Of a stretch of 64,000 bases of DNA, positions 37,520 to 50,255 are shown piece after piece. The notes below the pieces were generated by a model. That model saw nothing but the letters and a program-made list of their open reading frames with translations, searched no databases and was not told the DNA's origin. Made by a program: the position numbers and the translations under genes. Position 1 is the first letter of the stretch; the number at the start of each line of letters is the position of its first letter. Origin of the DNA: Vicugna vicugna (lineage: Eukaryota); the NCBI GenBank assembly GCA_013265495.1, contig MU058919.1:2170001-2234000 (forward strand). Direction: 5' to 3'.

Positions 37520-37690
37520 TAATGCTTATACACCGCTTACCAGGAAGTCTCTGCATGTGTTACTTTACTTAATCTTCACGAGACCCTTAGGATGTAGGCG
37601 CTAGGCACATCCCCACGTTACAGACAAAGAAACTGAGGTACAGAGAGGCTAGGACACTTGAGAACCAGCAGGTGACCACCTTTTAACCAC
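37520..37690 (-). mobile_element. MIR SINE
   Basis: ttaatcttcacgagaccctt...ttacagacaaagaaactgaggtacagagaggctaggacactt. Confidence 0.75.
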
Positions 37691-37859
37691 TATGCTAAGA
37701 TGCAGCCCAGCTTCTGTCTCCGGCCACGTCCTCCCACAGGCTCTGGGCCCTATTCCATTCCACCTTCTGCGGGACTCACTCCAAGGGCTATTTCTACCTC
37801 CTCCTGGATCCTCAGCCCCTCCTTTTTCTCTTGGTCCCTTCCCATCAGCAGTTACATAC

Positions 37860-38130
37860 ACTCAAGCCCCCCATCCCTCAACCAATCTTTTTAAATCCTG
37901 GATCCCTCTTCTGTCTGTTGTCTTCTCTTAGCTCCTCCCTGCCCCCCCCCACTCCACGCTCACTCACTCACTCACTCATTTGCTCCGTCCTCCTCTTCAC
38001 AACGACCAACCTTCATACAAAAGTCATCAGTACTCATGGCTCCATTTCCTCACCTCCACTTACTCAGCCCATGACAAACTGGCTTGTGCTCTTGTCACCC
38101 TATAGAAATGTCCCTCAGGTTGCCAGTGAC
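37860..38130 (+). mobile_element. L2 fragment
   Basis: Pyrimidine-rich L2-like text ending caggttgccagtgacctccattgg. Confidence 0.5.
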
Positions 38131-38329
38131 CTCCATTGGGTTGTTTCAGTCTTTTTCTTGGCACATAATTGGCTTTAATTGTGTAAAATAAATGAAGAAA
38201 TGGATATACAAATAGAGAAATACATAAAATCTTATAAGAAAACCTTGGCTGACTTCTCCCCACTTTGTTCCCCATCCTTCTAACCTTCTAACTTTCAGAG
38301 ATTCCTCCAAATCAGCACATCCCCATATC

Positions 38330-38495
38330 GCAGTTTCTCAACCTGAGCTCCTGGGACCACCTGCAGGGAAACTGCATGCCCACCCCTGCCCCCCGAGACC
38401 TGCTGAGTAAGATTCTCTGGGTGGGGTCCGGTACGTGCACTGTGAACGGACTCTGGCGGTGGGGCTCAGGCACGTGAGCTTTGAAGGACGGATAC
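38330..38495. mobile_element. MER5A (hAT-Charlie MITE)
   Basis: cagtttctcaacctg...cccccgagacctgctgagtaagattctctgggtggggtcc. Confidence 0.7.
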
Positions 38496-39289
38496 TCCCC
38501 CCACATCTGCCCTTCTGTTAATCTTTATGACTCAGTGCTCTCCTTATAAACAAAAGGTTTAAAACCATAAGAAGCGATTGTGCCTTTGGAAACATTCACA
38601 GATACAAAGGAAAAATAAGCGTTATCTCTGGCATGCAGTAATGCCCGTGGAATTTCAGCAGCCCTTGCCGTTTGCTTACGACACTTACCCTTTCCATCAA
38701 GGGTGCTACTAAAGGCTGCCGCCACCGAACAAGAGCAGGAGCCACCAGGGCTCAGACATGCGCTCCGATCAGCTTCCGCCTGGGAGCTGACATCTTGGAG
38801 ACTGATAATCTATTTTCTCTGCTCCCACTTTTTGGAACAAGAAAGTCTTAGTTAGAAGGCAGAATTGCTTCCCAGACAAATGCAGATCAGGGAATACTTT
38901 CCCCTTATGTGAAAATGCTCAGTGTTTCCCATTCTGCGTGATTAATAACTCTGCCCTTCCTGCTTGTCTGTAGGCTTGCTGTTTACACCGCATGGTGTGT
39001 GCTTTAGCGCGTTTGACTCCAACGACAATACAGAGAAGTGGGCAGGGACTTCGATGCACCAGCCCTTACCCAGACTCCTGACAGCTGCCTGCTCTGCGCC
39101 CGGCCCCAGCCTGGGTGCCATGGGAACAGGGAAGAGGGTCTGACTTGGACGCTGCTGTTCTAGGTACCTTGCAGGCTAACGGAGGAGACAAGCCATGGAT
39201 ACAGCATCTGACACAACCTCGAGGGAATTCATTGCTATGCACTTTCCCACCTGTGAACTGTTGGGTCCTGCCCTTGGGTCTCCCCTAGC

Positions 39290-39480
39290 TCTGCCACGTA
39301 CAACTTGGAGATGTTGGATAGTTTATTTAAACTCCAGGAGTGTCCACTTCTTCATCTGCAGAATAGGTGTAGTAAGATTACCCACCTGAGAACCTGCAAG
39401 AGTTGCTAGGAAGCTTAAATGAGAGAAAGAATTTCAAGCATTTAACACCATGCCTGACCCGTAATAAACATCCAGGACCC
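39290..39480 (+). mobile_element. MIR SINE
   Basis: cacttcttcatctgcagaatagg...taaatgaga...aagcatttaacaccatgcctgacccgtaataaa. Confidence 0.7.
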
Positions 39481-41009
39481 ACTGATGACCACTGCTTGTT
39501 CAGAATCTTGTCATAATCCTCAGGTGCCAGCTCGGGGAAGTGTATATCCAGAGGATGCAGGGCTCCTGGGCTGCTGGGGGCACCAAGTGACTTCAGGCAG
39601 AGGGGAAGCCAGGCATCCTCTGTGTTCTGCTCAATTCGTCTACAGCCCCAGTTCCCTGGCACCTCTGCCCGAGGGCAGGGAGCTGATGGCTTGTGAGTGG
39701 GCACAGTGCCATCCTAAGAGACGGGAATGAGAGCAGGCAGTCAGGGGAACATGTAAGTGTCCTGCCGTGTTTGTTAAACAAACCATTCCCAGCCGGGGAG
39801 CATTAAAACAGCTGTCAGTCCTGGTCTCACGAAGCCTGGTGACAGGAGACGTGCAGCCATTAATCCAGTTCTAGGAAGAATTACCTTTCACACTTTTTTT
39901 TTGTAAAAAAGAAATAGTACAGTAAACCCACCAAATACAGAGAAGTTGATTTATGCCTCATCCATCAAACTGAAATAAATGTTATTCCATGGAAACGAGA
40001 CCAACACTTTGAGACTGGAGGTAGTAAATTCATTTGCTGAGCCCTGACTGAGGGGTACTCGCATTTGTCACTTTCCCTTCTCGTCTGAAGGTGACACCCT
40101 GCACCCTGCCACCAGCAGCACGAGTTCTTTTAGTGGCTTTTCGTCCCCATTAGTGATAATGGGCTGTGTCCGGCCAGGCACACACTCCCTTCTTGAGCCC
40201 AGCAGGGCCTGGCCACAGCTGGGGTGACATTTTGGACCACAAATAGACCAAACCTCAGCCTTTGGCACCTCAGGATGTTTTAGGTGGGTGTTGGGCCTGG
40301 AGAGAACAGACAACAGCTGGATGCAACAGGGAGGGAGAAGCAGGTGAAAGGACTCGAAGGCAGGGGCTCCTCCACCACGTATCAATCATGGACCTTAGAG
40401 CCTCAGTTTCTACATCTGCGAAATGGGGATGCAAATGCCTGCTCTGCCTACTTCCCAAGAATGTGAAACCACACAAAACGAAGGCCTTGTTCCTGTGTGA
40501 GATATACTCATAACGGAAGCAAACATGTATTCTCTCTCTATTATTCTTTTAAAAAGACTTCCACAGCTAGTATATATTTTATTTTTTATCAGCTTTGGAA
40601 GGGTTTAATAAATATTATTTTTTCCATTTCACAAAGTAGAAAACTGAGGTGCATTGAGTTTGACTCGCCAGGGTCATCGAGTGGAGCCCAGGCCTCCTGT
40701 TCTCACTGCACCGCACTGTCTCCAAGTGGCACAAGGATGCTGGGCTTGGGCACCTTCTTCCCATGGCCTCGCTTTTATGCTCCTGTAGGTCAGTTCCAGC
40801 CGGGCCTCAGGGAGCTGGGGCTCCAAGTGTATGACTGAAGGTTTCTCACCTGGAGAAGCCCCTAGGAGCCTGCCCCTCATCTCCTCCATCCACAGAGCTC
40901 TGCCCTCGGAGGACTGGCTTGGTCAGAGAGACTCGGACTGGTGGCACAGCACCAGGCTTGGAAAGGCCAGTGCCCTGCTGGAAAGAGGGCAGACCTGTCA
41001 GGCAGGTGG

Positions 41010-41170
41010 AGCTGGGTTTTAGTCTCTCTGCTTACCGGATGGGTAAGTCTCTGAGTCTCAGTTTCCTCAAAAACTGGGGACAGTACCTCATGCCATGTGC
41101 AGTTGTTGGAGGATTAAAGAACATTCAGTGTGCGAAGTACCAGACCCAGTGTCCAGCTCAGGGTCAGGGG
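41010..41170 (+). mobile_element. MIR SINE
   Basis: ctctgagtctcagtttcctcaaaaactgggga; further MIR pieces at about 40380-40440 and 40590-40720. Confidence 0.7.
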
Positions 41171-42238
41171 ACAGCGCTCTCTTCCTTCTTTTCTTCTGTC
41201 CTTCTCATCTCTCCCTTCTTTCCTTTCTTTCACGTTTTCTTCCTTCCCTAGGGGCCTTGGAACTATCTCAGATATGAACCAGACGTATCGTGAACTTGGG
41301 GAATTCTTGAGCAGATACATTCATGCTCATGTTCAGCAGATACTCCGAGGCCACACTGATGGTCAAGCAGATTAAATGAAAAGGGGAACCACGTTGGCCT
41401 CTGAGGACAGAGACAAGAAAGATGGAGCTGGCTGTTCCTATAACTCAACTCATATCGTTCAAGTATTTCTGAACTAGTATACCGCTCCTCACCTGCTGGG
41501 CAGCAAAACGGCCTCAGAAGCCCTGGAAGTTGCTCCAGCTTTTCCGAGATAACGGAGTATACCCTGAGTAAATCCTGAGGCCCTGCGTGGTCCACTCTCA
41601 GGCAGTGTCATGTCAGAAACTCTCAGGCAACCACAGACGAGTACAAACAACTCCAATCCCTGCGGAGGAACACCAGAGGAAATCCAAACTGTAGTATCTA
41701 GAAACACTTCTGAAACCCCTTGATTCTTCCTTCCTTTTTTTCTCAGTTCTCACACAGTCCCTGCATGGGGCTCTCAGACTGTAAACACTTCACTCTCAAA
41801 ATTCTGCTTCCAGGTGTCCCAGAAGTCTCAACCCATGTGGCTCTTAAGTCTCTGGGAAGAGGAAAGTTCTCTCTCACCACTCCAGCCTGTGTGTCTCTAT
41901 CCTGTCTTGGAAGTCTGGGAGTGCAGGGCAGGGGAAGGCAGGACGTTCCGGAAGGACAGAAGAGGAAGAGAAGGGGAGCCGGGACCTGGGGGAGGTGGCA
42001 GAGTTGTGGCAGGTGACAGGCTGGGAGCATCACACAAGGATATCCTGTTTCTACTGCACATGCCTGTGGACCAGCAAATCTCCCCAGTGCGAGTAGAGAC
42101 AAGACCAGGTGAACTGGTGCCCCCAGACTTTTTCTGGCGTGTCCGTGTGGGGAAGGCAGGCAAGGATTCTGTGTGCGTAAAGGCGCTGTGGTGAGATCCC
42201 CAGGACTGCGTAGACAGATCAGAATTCTTTCTCTTTTT

Positions 42239-42355
42239 GGGGGGGAGGGGGTAGTAGTTAAGTTTATTAATTTTTAAATGGAGGTACTGGGGCTTGAACC
42301 CAGGACCTTGTGTGTGCTGGGCAGGCACTCTACCACTGAGCTGCACCCTCCTCCC
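42239..42355 (-). mobile_element. Camelid tRNA-Ala-derived SINE (vic-1 type)
   Basis: The minus strand reads GGGAGGAGGGTGCAGCTCAGTGGTAGAG...GGTCCTGGGTTCAAGCCCCAGTACCTCCA; flanked by near-identical TTCTTT(T)CTCTTTTT TSDs at 42225-42238 and 42356-42370. Confidence 0.9.
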
Positions 42356-42848
42356 TTCTTTTCTCTTTTTTGAGTAGAGATGCTGGGTGATGTTTAAACT
42401 ACTTGTGTAACTAGGAATAAGTTTTGTAAATTTCCCTAAGACTCACTCGGTTTCCAACCCAACGGAAGACATTTTCCTAGCTCCCGAATGTAATAAAGTC
42501 AAGTCAAAGCTCATCACATTTCGGCTGTAACGAAGCCTTTCCTCTGCTGGGTGACTTGTAATTTCGCCTGTTCCTTCTACGCCTTGTGCTCGGTACTCAC
42601 TGCCGCTCCCGACAGCTGCCGTCAGCTCGCTCCTGCTGCCTTGTCCTGTTGTTCTTCATACTTTCCGGGCTCAGATTCAAGAATGCTGGCTCGTGAATTC
42701 CCCTGCGCCTTCATTTACCTTAATAGTCAATGAGCCTAGGTATTAGCAGCCCTTTCTGAAAGGCCGGTACCTGGATATTTTTAGAATGGGATTCTTTTAA
42801 GGAATGTATCCTTTTTGATACTAAATATGCCACAGAAGTAACACAGCG

Positions 42849-42851
<3 letters not shown>

Positions 42852-42900
<49 letters not shown>
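42852..42900. repeat. Perfect (TG)24 microsatellite
   Basis: Directly visible. Confidence 0.97.
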
Positions 42901-42904
<4 letters not shown>

Positions 42905-43639
42905 AAGCTAGAAGACCAAGCCGGGAGATCTGGCACTTTAAGCTCACAAATTGTTGTATGATTACCATTGCTCTATTAATAAAATCTTCCGTTGCCATGG
43001 CACTTTGTTTTAAAGTATATGACCTGCATCACCTCATTTGGTTTCCTCAAAAGTCTTCAGGTCTTTCTGCTGACATTCTCTTTTGCAGAAGTTAAAATGT
43101 TCAAGGCGGTCAGGCATCTCAGGAGGAAGGCTCTACCTCATGGTCTAGGCAGATGTGCCCCCAGAAGTTTCAGGTACGCTGCAGACTTTTCCTGCCAGAA
43201 GGGACTACTGTGAGCTCTGGCTCTGCCACCTACCGGCCCGGCCATTGGTGTGGCCCCAAACCATCATCTGGTCCCTCTGCTATTTCCTCCCTGAGAATTG
43301 AGGGGTTTGAACTGGATCCTTAGAGCCAGAAGTGAACTTCAAGCTCACTTATCTGAAGCTAGAGAGGTCGTATGATTTGCCTAAGATCACACTGAGGGAC
43401 CAGACCCCCGGCTTCCTGGTTCCCACTGGCCTGGCATCTTCACCGCCTAAACACATGGTAGGTGCCTTTTCAAAGGAGCTCACAGTTACACCTCTGGAGA
43501 TGCAAACACCCCAGTTCTAAGCACTTCAGCATCTGGGAGGTTAAGCTTTCTAAAAACATGGCACTTTCATTTTAAGCGCTGATTCTGGAAAGTGTTTCTT
43601 ATCCTCTCCTGCCCCCAACCTGCTGAATGGTTTCTATTT

Positions 43640-44215
43640 TCCCACTTCTCCCCACTCCAGTCTGCAACCCAGAGGCTCCACATGCTTGGTCAGGTCCTCG
43701 CTGCTCCCTCCCATGCCCCTGGGATTCAGAAGTGCCCCGCCACTCGAATTTCTTAAGACAGCTGAACCTTTGTCTGACAACATGCTGCTTCCTCTGAGAA
43801 CGTCTCTGCTCGCCCGTCTTCACCCAGCCATCGCCAACTCAGCTCAGCATCACTTCTCCAGGAAGCCTTTCTGACCACCCTCATCCACCCCAGCCCCACG
43901 TGGTCCAGGAGAGGAGCCCCTCCTTTGCTGGCTCCTGCTGTGTGTGGGCCCTGTGCTGGGCAGGTGGATGCAAAGTTGAGCAAGACGTGGTCCCTGCCTT
44001 CGGGGAGCAATGACGTGGGGGAGACAGGACGGTGCTGGGCTCACCTTCCTTCTCCCGCAAGTCACGCTGTCTACATGTCTATCTCCCCCACAGTGCACCC
44101 CTGGAGTCCTGGGAGGGGATCTTAGCCCCATCCGTGCCCCTACCCCTGCCACAGGTCCAGGCGTTTGTAGTCCTCTGCCCTCAGTGGATGCGTGGTCGAC
44201 TGAATGAATGAACAA
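43640..44215. mobile_element. Cluster of L2 fragments in both orientations
   Basis: ctcagctcagcatcacttctccaggaagccttt (sense), gggccctgtgctgggc...tggtccctgccttc (antisense) and a tgaatgaatgaa tail. Confidence 0.6.
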
Positions 44216-44598
44216 GCGGACTCAGGCGTGAGGTACGTGCAGATGTGTAAGGCGCAGTACAAACCTGATGCTACTAACCGTCGTCTAAGAGGCTGATAGT
44301 CTGTCAGGCATGCGTGCTGATGGGGAAATTCTTAATTCAGAGTTCCCCGAGCAAACACTCTGGTGGGCACACAGAACGGTCTCCTTCCCAAGAGATTCCT
44401 GCTGAAACACTCACTTCCTGCAAACGTGCACTTTCCTTGCAAACTGGAGTCATGGGTTAGGTTCCTCCAGGACAAGAATTAGGGTGAATGATTTATGAAA
44501 GGAGCGCTCCTGGTGACCCAGGCGGGAGTGGGGCAATTCTGGGAACAACCCCAGTGCCAGCCTGATCCCGCAGGGATTTATGGAGCACAAGTTACACT

Positions 44599-45127
44599 TG
44601 TGATGGCTTATTTTATGTGTCCACTTGGCTGGGCTAAGGGAGCCCCGATAGCTGGTGAAACACGATTTCTGGGCGTCTGTGAGGCTGTCTCCAGAAGAGG
44701 CTCGTGTCTGAATTGGCAGACTGAATAAGAAGAGCGCCTGCCTCGCCCCCTAGTGCTGGTGGGCATCATCCAATCCGTTCAGGACCCAAATAAAACAAAG
44801 AGGTGGAGGAAGGGCAAAGTCCCTCTGCATGAGCTGGGACATCCCCCTTCTCCTGCCCTCGCACATCGGTGGCCCTGGTTCTTGGGCCGTCAGACCTGGA
44901 GCAGAACTTACACTGTCAGCTCCCCTGGTTGTCAGGCCTTTGAACTCAGACTGAGTTATACCACCAGCTGTCCTGATTCTCTGACTTGCAAACAGCAAAC
45001 TGTGGGACTTCTCAGTCTCCATAATCACGTGAGCCCATTTCTGTGATAAATTTCCTCATGTCTGTATCTGTATCTGTATCTGTATCTGTATCTAGCTATC
45101 CTATTGGTTCTGTTTCTCTAGAACTTA
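44599..45127 (+). mobile_element. MLT2 (ERVL) solo LTR with internal (TGTATC)n tract
   Basis: tgtgatggcttattttatgtgtccacttggctgggc ... ctatcctattggttctgtttctcta; hexamer repeat at about 45061-45093. Confidence 0.9.
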
Positions 45128-46529
45128 AAACGTCTCAAAGCTGAGCTCGGGAGAAAACGACTCCAGGAGCCGGCAGACAGGCCCCTACAGGAGGCTGGGC
45201 CAGCAGAGGCAAAGTCCAGGAGGCTGGGGGTCTGGGAGGACCTGGGAGCCCACAATAGTCCCTTCTGGCAGGAAGCTACACTTTGTGGGAACAAGAAAGT
45301 CCTGGAGTTGGGGACCCCTTGTTTCTATCTATTTCAGAGTCTTGTGTTTAACTGACAAATGCTGACAGCCCCACTCAGCAGTCCTAGAGCAAGCAGCCTG
45401 TGCGTGTCCTCCAATCACACCCTCTGGCTGGATGGTGGAGGCTGATGCCATGCGCATGGGCTGATCCCAAACACGGGCTCCCGGATCCCGTGGGCCCCCT
45501 GGTCCACTGCTAAGAGGGATCCTACCTGTGCCCTCAGGTCCTCTGCTAAGGACTTCATCGTACTGTGCCGAGGGTGGTCAGGGGTTAATCCAAGAAGACA
45601 GAAGAAGGTCTTCCTGAAGATCAAAGCATGTCTCTGAGATATCTGGTAAACTGCCAGAGACTATGAATGAGAAAGTCGCCACGGAAGCCCTGAGGGCTGA
45701 GTGTGAAGAGATCAGAGCTCTCTTTCCTTCCTGGCTTGAGTTTATTTCTAGAAAACATTACTGTTTAAAAAATCATTCAAAGTTGTATTCGTGGATGCCG
45801 TGGCCAAAATATTTTAGTAGGACAGAGCGTTATCGCCCCCCTCCCCGCTGTCTCCAGTCCTTAGGAATTAAAGCATTTTTCTCCAGAAAAATGAAGGCTA
45901 ATGTTAGAGAGAAGTGCTTGGGGAATTATACCACTTAACTAATTTCATAAGTGTTTACAGCAAACACAGCCTCAGTGGAAACTTTGGAGGGAAAGAGGAA
46001 GCTTTTCAAAGCCTTTATAAAACGTAGCAGCACCCCTTTGACACCGGGGAGAAGGCGAGGATCACAAATGAAAGAGCATCTCAAAATTCAAAAGGAGGAA
46101 CGGATAGCTGGAGGAGGGGAGGGGAGGCAGCGAACACAGGAAAAAAGGCATCGTTCCCACTTTGCTGATTACAGAGCTCAACCAAATCCTCCCACGCCGG
46201 AAAGAACAAAGTCCGCGTTTCCAGCAACCCCGGAGCAGAAGAAGGGGATATTGGCGGAATCTTTTCTTATTAAGGAGCAATTAAGTTATTAGGAGATTTC
46301 AGAGAAGTTCCAAGGAAACAGAGCTATTTTTTAATGTTACAAAATTACCTCTGAGCCCTTCACAACATCACAAGACACAACATTGTTGTGTTTACTTGTT
46401 ATTTTTTGGCTGTTATGTTCGTTCATTCACTCAACAAATATTTATCAAGCGACTTCTACGTACCTTATTTATCAAGCGACTGCTACGTACTGGCCATGGA
46501 AAACCATTTCAAGGAGCCACCAAAACCCT

Positions 46530-46690
46530 GTAGAAGAAAGAGTCCAATCTGGAATTAGAGAATCGAGACTCAAGTCCCCACTTTGCTGAGTGCATCCTTT
46601 TTCATATGGATTTAAAACTCCAGGGTCTCAGGTTTCTCATCTGTAAAATAACACTCTGATAATGCTTCTCAGAGCAAGTGGAGCGGCACT
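46530..46690 (+). mobile_element. MIR SINE
   Basis: gtctcaggtttctcatctgtaaaataa; further MIR pieces at about 43205-43420, 47330-47520 and 52150-52390. Confidence 0.65.
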
Positions 46691-47760
46691 GTAAACCACA
46701 AAGTCCTTTACAAGGTGAGCTGTCATTATTTCTGAGCACCGTCACTGAGGTTCCTTGGCAGGATGGGGCAACCGCACACCCTGGTCTTCCAGAAAAGTCC
46801 CAGGTTCCACCTGCTTTCCCAGCCCCTTTTCACTCTTACAGGTGTGCCAATTTGGAGAATAAATGATACAGTCCCCTCCTGGTAGCATCATCTGCGCAAG
46901 AGAAAAGTGTGAGAGGAGGCCCAGGGCTCCAAGTTGACTATTCTGTCACAGGAACTTTCTGTATCTCAGTAGGCTGCTGTGGTGGCTTCTCTCGGCCTGA
47001 CAATACCTGCTCCTTTTGACGTTGCAGCCAACTCAGGTGTGAAAATGCAGTGTGCTCACAGAAACGAGTACTTGGCTGCACACTCGCAAGAGAGGTTTCT
47101 CAAAAAGAAAAAAAGAGGGAAAAAAAGTCATTTGTGGAACACCCATTATGAATGCAGAATCTGGGCATAAAGAAGTGTTTTCCCACACAAAGACATTCTT
47201 CAGTTTATAAACCAAAACATTATATTTCAAGGCAACAGTGCTGCTGGCCTCTTCAACAGGCACAAAGCACTGGCTGAGTCTGGCAGCGGCTGAAACCCAG
47301 GAAACTGGGGGCTCCCCAGGCGGAATTAGGCAGCTGAGCTGTGGTCGGGTGGGAGATACTGCTGAGGCTGGGGCTTGGATTTCAACTCTCAGCTCTCCTG
47401 CCCTTGGCTGTGTTTCTCAGTCTCACCTGCTTCAATGTCCTGACTTGGGGAGCGGGTACAACTGCCCCCAAGTGCTGTTTTGAGGGTTAGGAGGGCTGGT
47501 GCACGCAGAGTATTTACACTGTCCCTGACACGCGGGACATTGTCCGTTGGTTGTAGGAAGGCTTGTCAGTCTCAGTTCTGCTGCTCCCAACAGAGTGGTC
47601 TGCAGAGGTCAATGGGCATTTTCATGGGTAACAAATAGATGGCAGGAGTTAAGAGCCAGCCCCTGCTATACGTTCTCTCTTTTGGCCTTGATTCCAAATG
47701 CTCCAGAGTATGGTCCAGAACAAAGACTTTCAAATGTGGCCAATGAGTTTGGATGCTACC

Positions 47761-48200
47761 TGCATCAGTTAGCCATTGCCGCAATAATGACGTGTAACAA
47801 ACTACCCCAAGCCTCGGTGGCTTAGGACAGCAACGATTCATCCTCACTGACATGCAGGTGAGCTGGTGTCAACTGGTCCCGGCTGAGCTCTGCTTCAGAC
47901 TGCCCTGGTTGGGGGCATTTCGGAGGTAGTTCTGCAAGGACACATCTCCCCTCCTCCTCCTGCAGCCAGGGGCCTATCCAGAGGCTGCTCTTCTGATGAC
48001 AATGGCAGGCGCTAGAGGGCTAGTGGGAACACCCTCCAGGTCTCCCAGGGTCTAGGCTCAAAGCCAGTCATTGCCACTTCTGCACACATGTCATTGACCA
48101 GAGCAAGTCACAGAACCAGGCCCAAAGTCAACTCTCTCCCAAAAGGGCCGTGGCAGGGATGTGGTGGGAGAGGGGTGTAGAACTGGGGCCAATTCACAAC
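47761..48200 (-). mobile_element. Old MLT1 (H/I/J-like) MaLR LTR
   Basis: tgcatcagttagccattgccgcaataatgacgtgtaacaaactaccccaa...cattgaccagagcaagtcac. Confidence 0.7.
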
Positions 48201-49879
48201 ATCTCATCTTTTGCAGAAAAGGATGGAGCAAACAAATTCTGAGCACCACTGTGGGTTGGGACTTGTTTCAGCTTCATGAAACCCGATAAAGTAGGTAATT
48301 TCTCTCTGTTTTATAGATGAAGACACTGAGGCCTGAGACTGAATCAATCAGCTCTTGCTCTGACCAAGCCCTCCCAGACTTAGCGTCTGGGCGCCGCCAT
48401 GTTCTAGCTCACAATGCTGCAGCAGCCTGGGCTGGGCTAGATGGACACTTTTGAGCTGATCTCAGCTGGAACAGCCACGCATCCATGGGCAGCTGGGAGG
48501 TCAGTTGGGGGCCGGCCAGTCTGCAGTGGCCTCACCCACTGCGTGATGGTTGGCTGGCCATCGGCTGGCAATAGGGGTGCCTGGCCCATGAGTCTCCTCA
48601 CCCAGCACCCTAGCCAGGCTTTGTTTACATGTGGACATCCTAGTTCCAGAGGCAGAAAGGGAGCAGTCCCAGAGTGCAGGCACTTTTTCCGCATTCACAG
48701 GCTTGTTTGCTAATGTCCCAGTAGCCAAAGCAAGAGTTAAGGCCAGCCCAGAGCCAGCATGGGAGGGGGCGATCTACAGGGGCAGGGAGAGGAAGTTAGG
48801 TAACGGATTGCCACTGTGGTAATCTCCCACAAGTACCTTGCTCGGGGCACACAATAAATGCATGGCAGACTTCCTTCTTCGGTGCTTTGGGCTGACAAGC
48901 ATGTGGTAAGCCCAGCCTGCAAGTCATCTGTGTCCCTGATGTGTTCCAGACATGCATCACTTCCCAGCAGGCCACATAAACTGCCTGGTCCTCACTGGAC
49001 TCATAACACAGCCCAAGAGCCTCTTGTCACAGGAGTTAAATTAAAAATGAACCAATAAATGTACTTATGTGACCTTTGGAAAAAAAACAATGTGAATGTC
49101 TTAGAGGCAAAATTTACTCTCAGAAAAAGAAAACTTGCATATATGATTCTAGATTAATTCTCAACAAGCACTTTTATAAACAGAGGTAGGGGGCTCTGCA
49201 GGTCTCTGCCCTCACCCCCAGCAGGGCGCCAAAGTGCCGGCCTACTGCTGGGCCTGGTTTCTAAAGGAGCGCCTAGGGTTGGCTGAAGGCACCCAGGTCT
49301 GAGCACGTGAGCGTTTACTATGTGAACAGGCTCAGACGCACTCACCCATCTTGCATCAGATATCTGGAAAAGGGCAACATCATTTTTCCAAATTGGAGGG
49401 GAAGGGGAGTGGGGGAAATGTGTTCAGTGTTATTGCAATTAGTCACGCTTTGGAATATCCTGGGGAAAGTCTACTCTCGAGTTATTATTGACATAGTGAA
49501 GTGGAGGAGGTTAAAAAGAAGTCTGCAGGCACCATTAATTAACCTCTCCATTATTTTTACTTCCCCGCGCATTTTTCTGACGGATGGGAGATCACGAGGT
49601 CAAACCCTGTTAGAGCTGCAGGCCTCCCAGCATTTACTGAGGCCAGGCCTCCTGCTTTCCAGAGACAGAAGGAACTGTGCGCACCCTGCACAGCACGGCG
49701 GGCTATCTGGCGAGCTCAGACCCTGGTCCTGTATTGTTTGTGAGGCGGGCCTTCCTCCAAATCCTACCAGTCCTCCCAAGACCGCTTGCATGCTGCGCCT
49801 CCAGGAAGCCTTCCTGGAGCAGACGTCTCCTTCCTCTGTAACTCTCAGCCCTTCCTTAGAGCCTCCCTGCAGTGGAGGC

Positions 49880-50255
49880 TAGGCTATTCCGCCCAGATTC
49901 CCTCTTCAGGATGACAGCATTCATCCCCCAGCTGCTTGCAGCTGCAGCCCTCCATGGCAACTGCCTCTGGCCACAAGAGAATAGACTTGTTCAAGGTTAC
50001 AGGCCTCAGGGGAGCCTGTAGCCAGTGTGACTGGCTGAAGCTGGGAGACCAGGTCCAGCCCACTTCCCTGGGTTTGGGCGCACTCTGGCTTCAGAGCTCC
50101 TGCAGGACCGTCTGGGGCCTGAGCTGCACCTGCGTGGTGGACCCACTTCTGCCCAGGCCCTGCTTCCTTAGGTCCACCTCTCCATAACCCCTCCCAGGAC
50201 ACCTCTGCAGGCAGCTCCTCTGAGAGTCTGTTTCCAGGGAATTCGACCTGAGACG
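49880..50255 (+). mobile_element. LTR16-like (ERVL) solo LTR
   Basis: Ends ctgagagtctgtttccagggaattcgacctgagac, an LTR16-type 3' terminus. Confidence 0.6.

Noticed and set aside
41250-41720. Unique stretch with a coding-like look; one frame has PQKPWKLLQLF, reminiscent of a retroviral integrase
   Set aside because: Stops occur in all frames and I found no further integrase motif or parent gene, so a pseudogene call is unsupported.
43640-44215. Oppositely oriented L2 fragments as a possible miR-28/151-type hairpin origin
   Set aside because: The fragments are not joined tail-to-tail with a complementary stem; the same applies at 53740-54200.
45951-46292. 113-aa ORF with a nearby TATAAAA, and a strong minus-strand acceptor near 46105
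   Set aside because: No homology, no matching donor, and no CpG-island context; insufficient evidence.
49307-49882. 191-aa + strand ORF
   Set aside because: GTG start, no recognisable motif; most likely a chance open frame.
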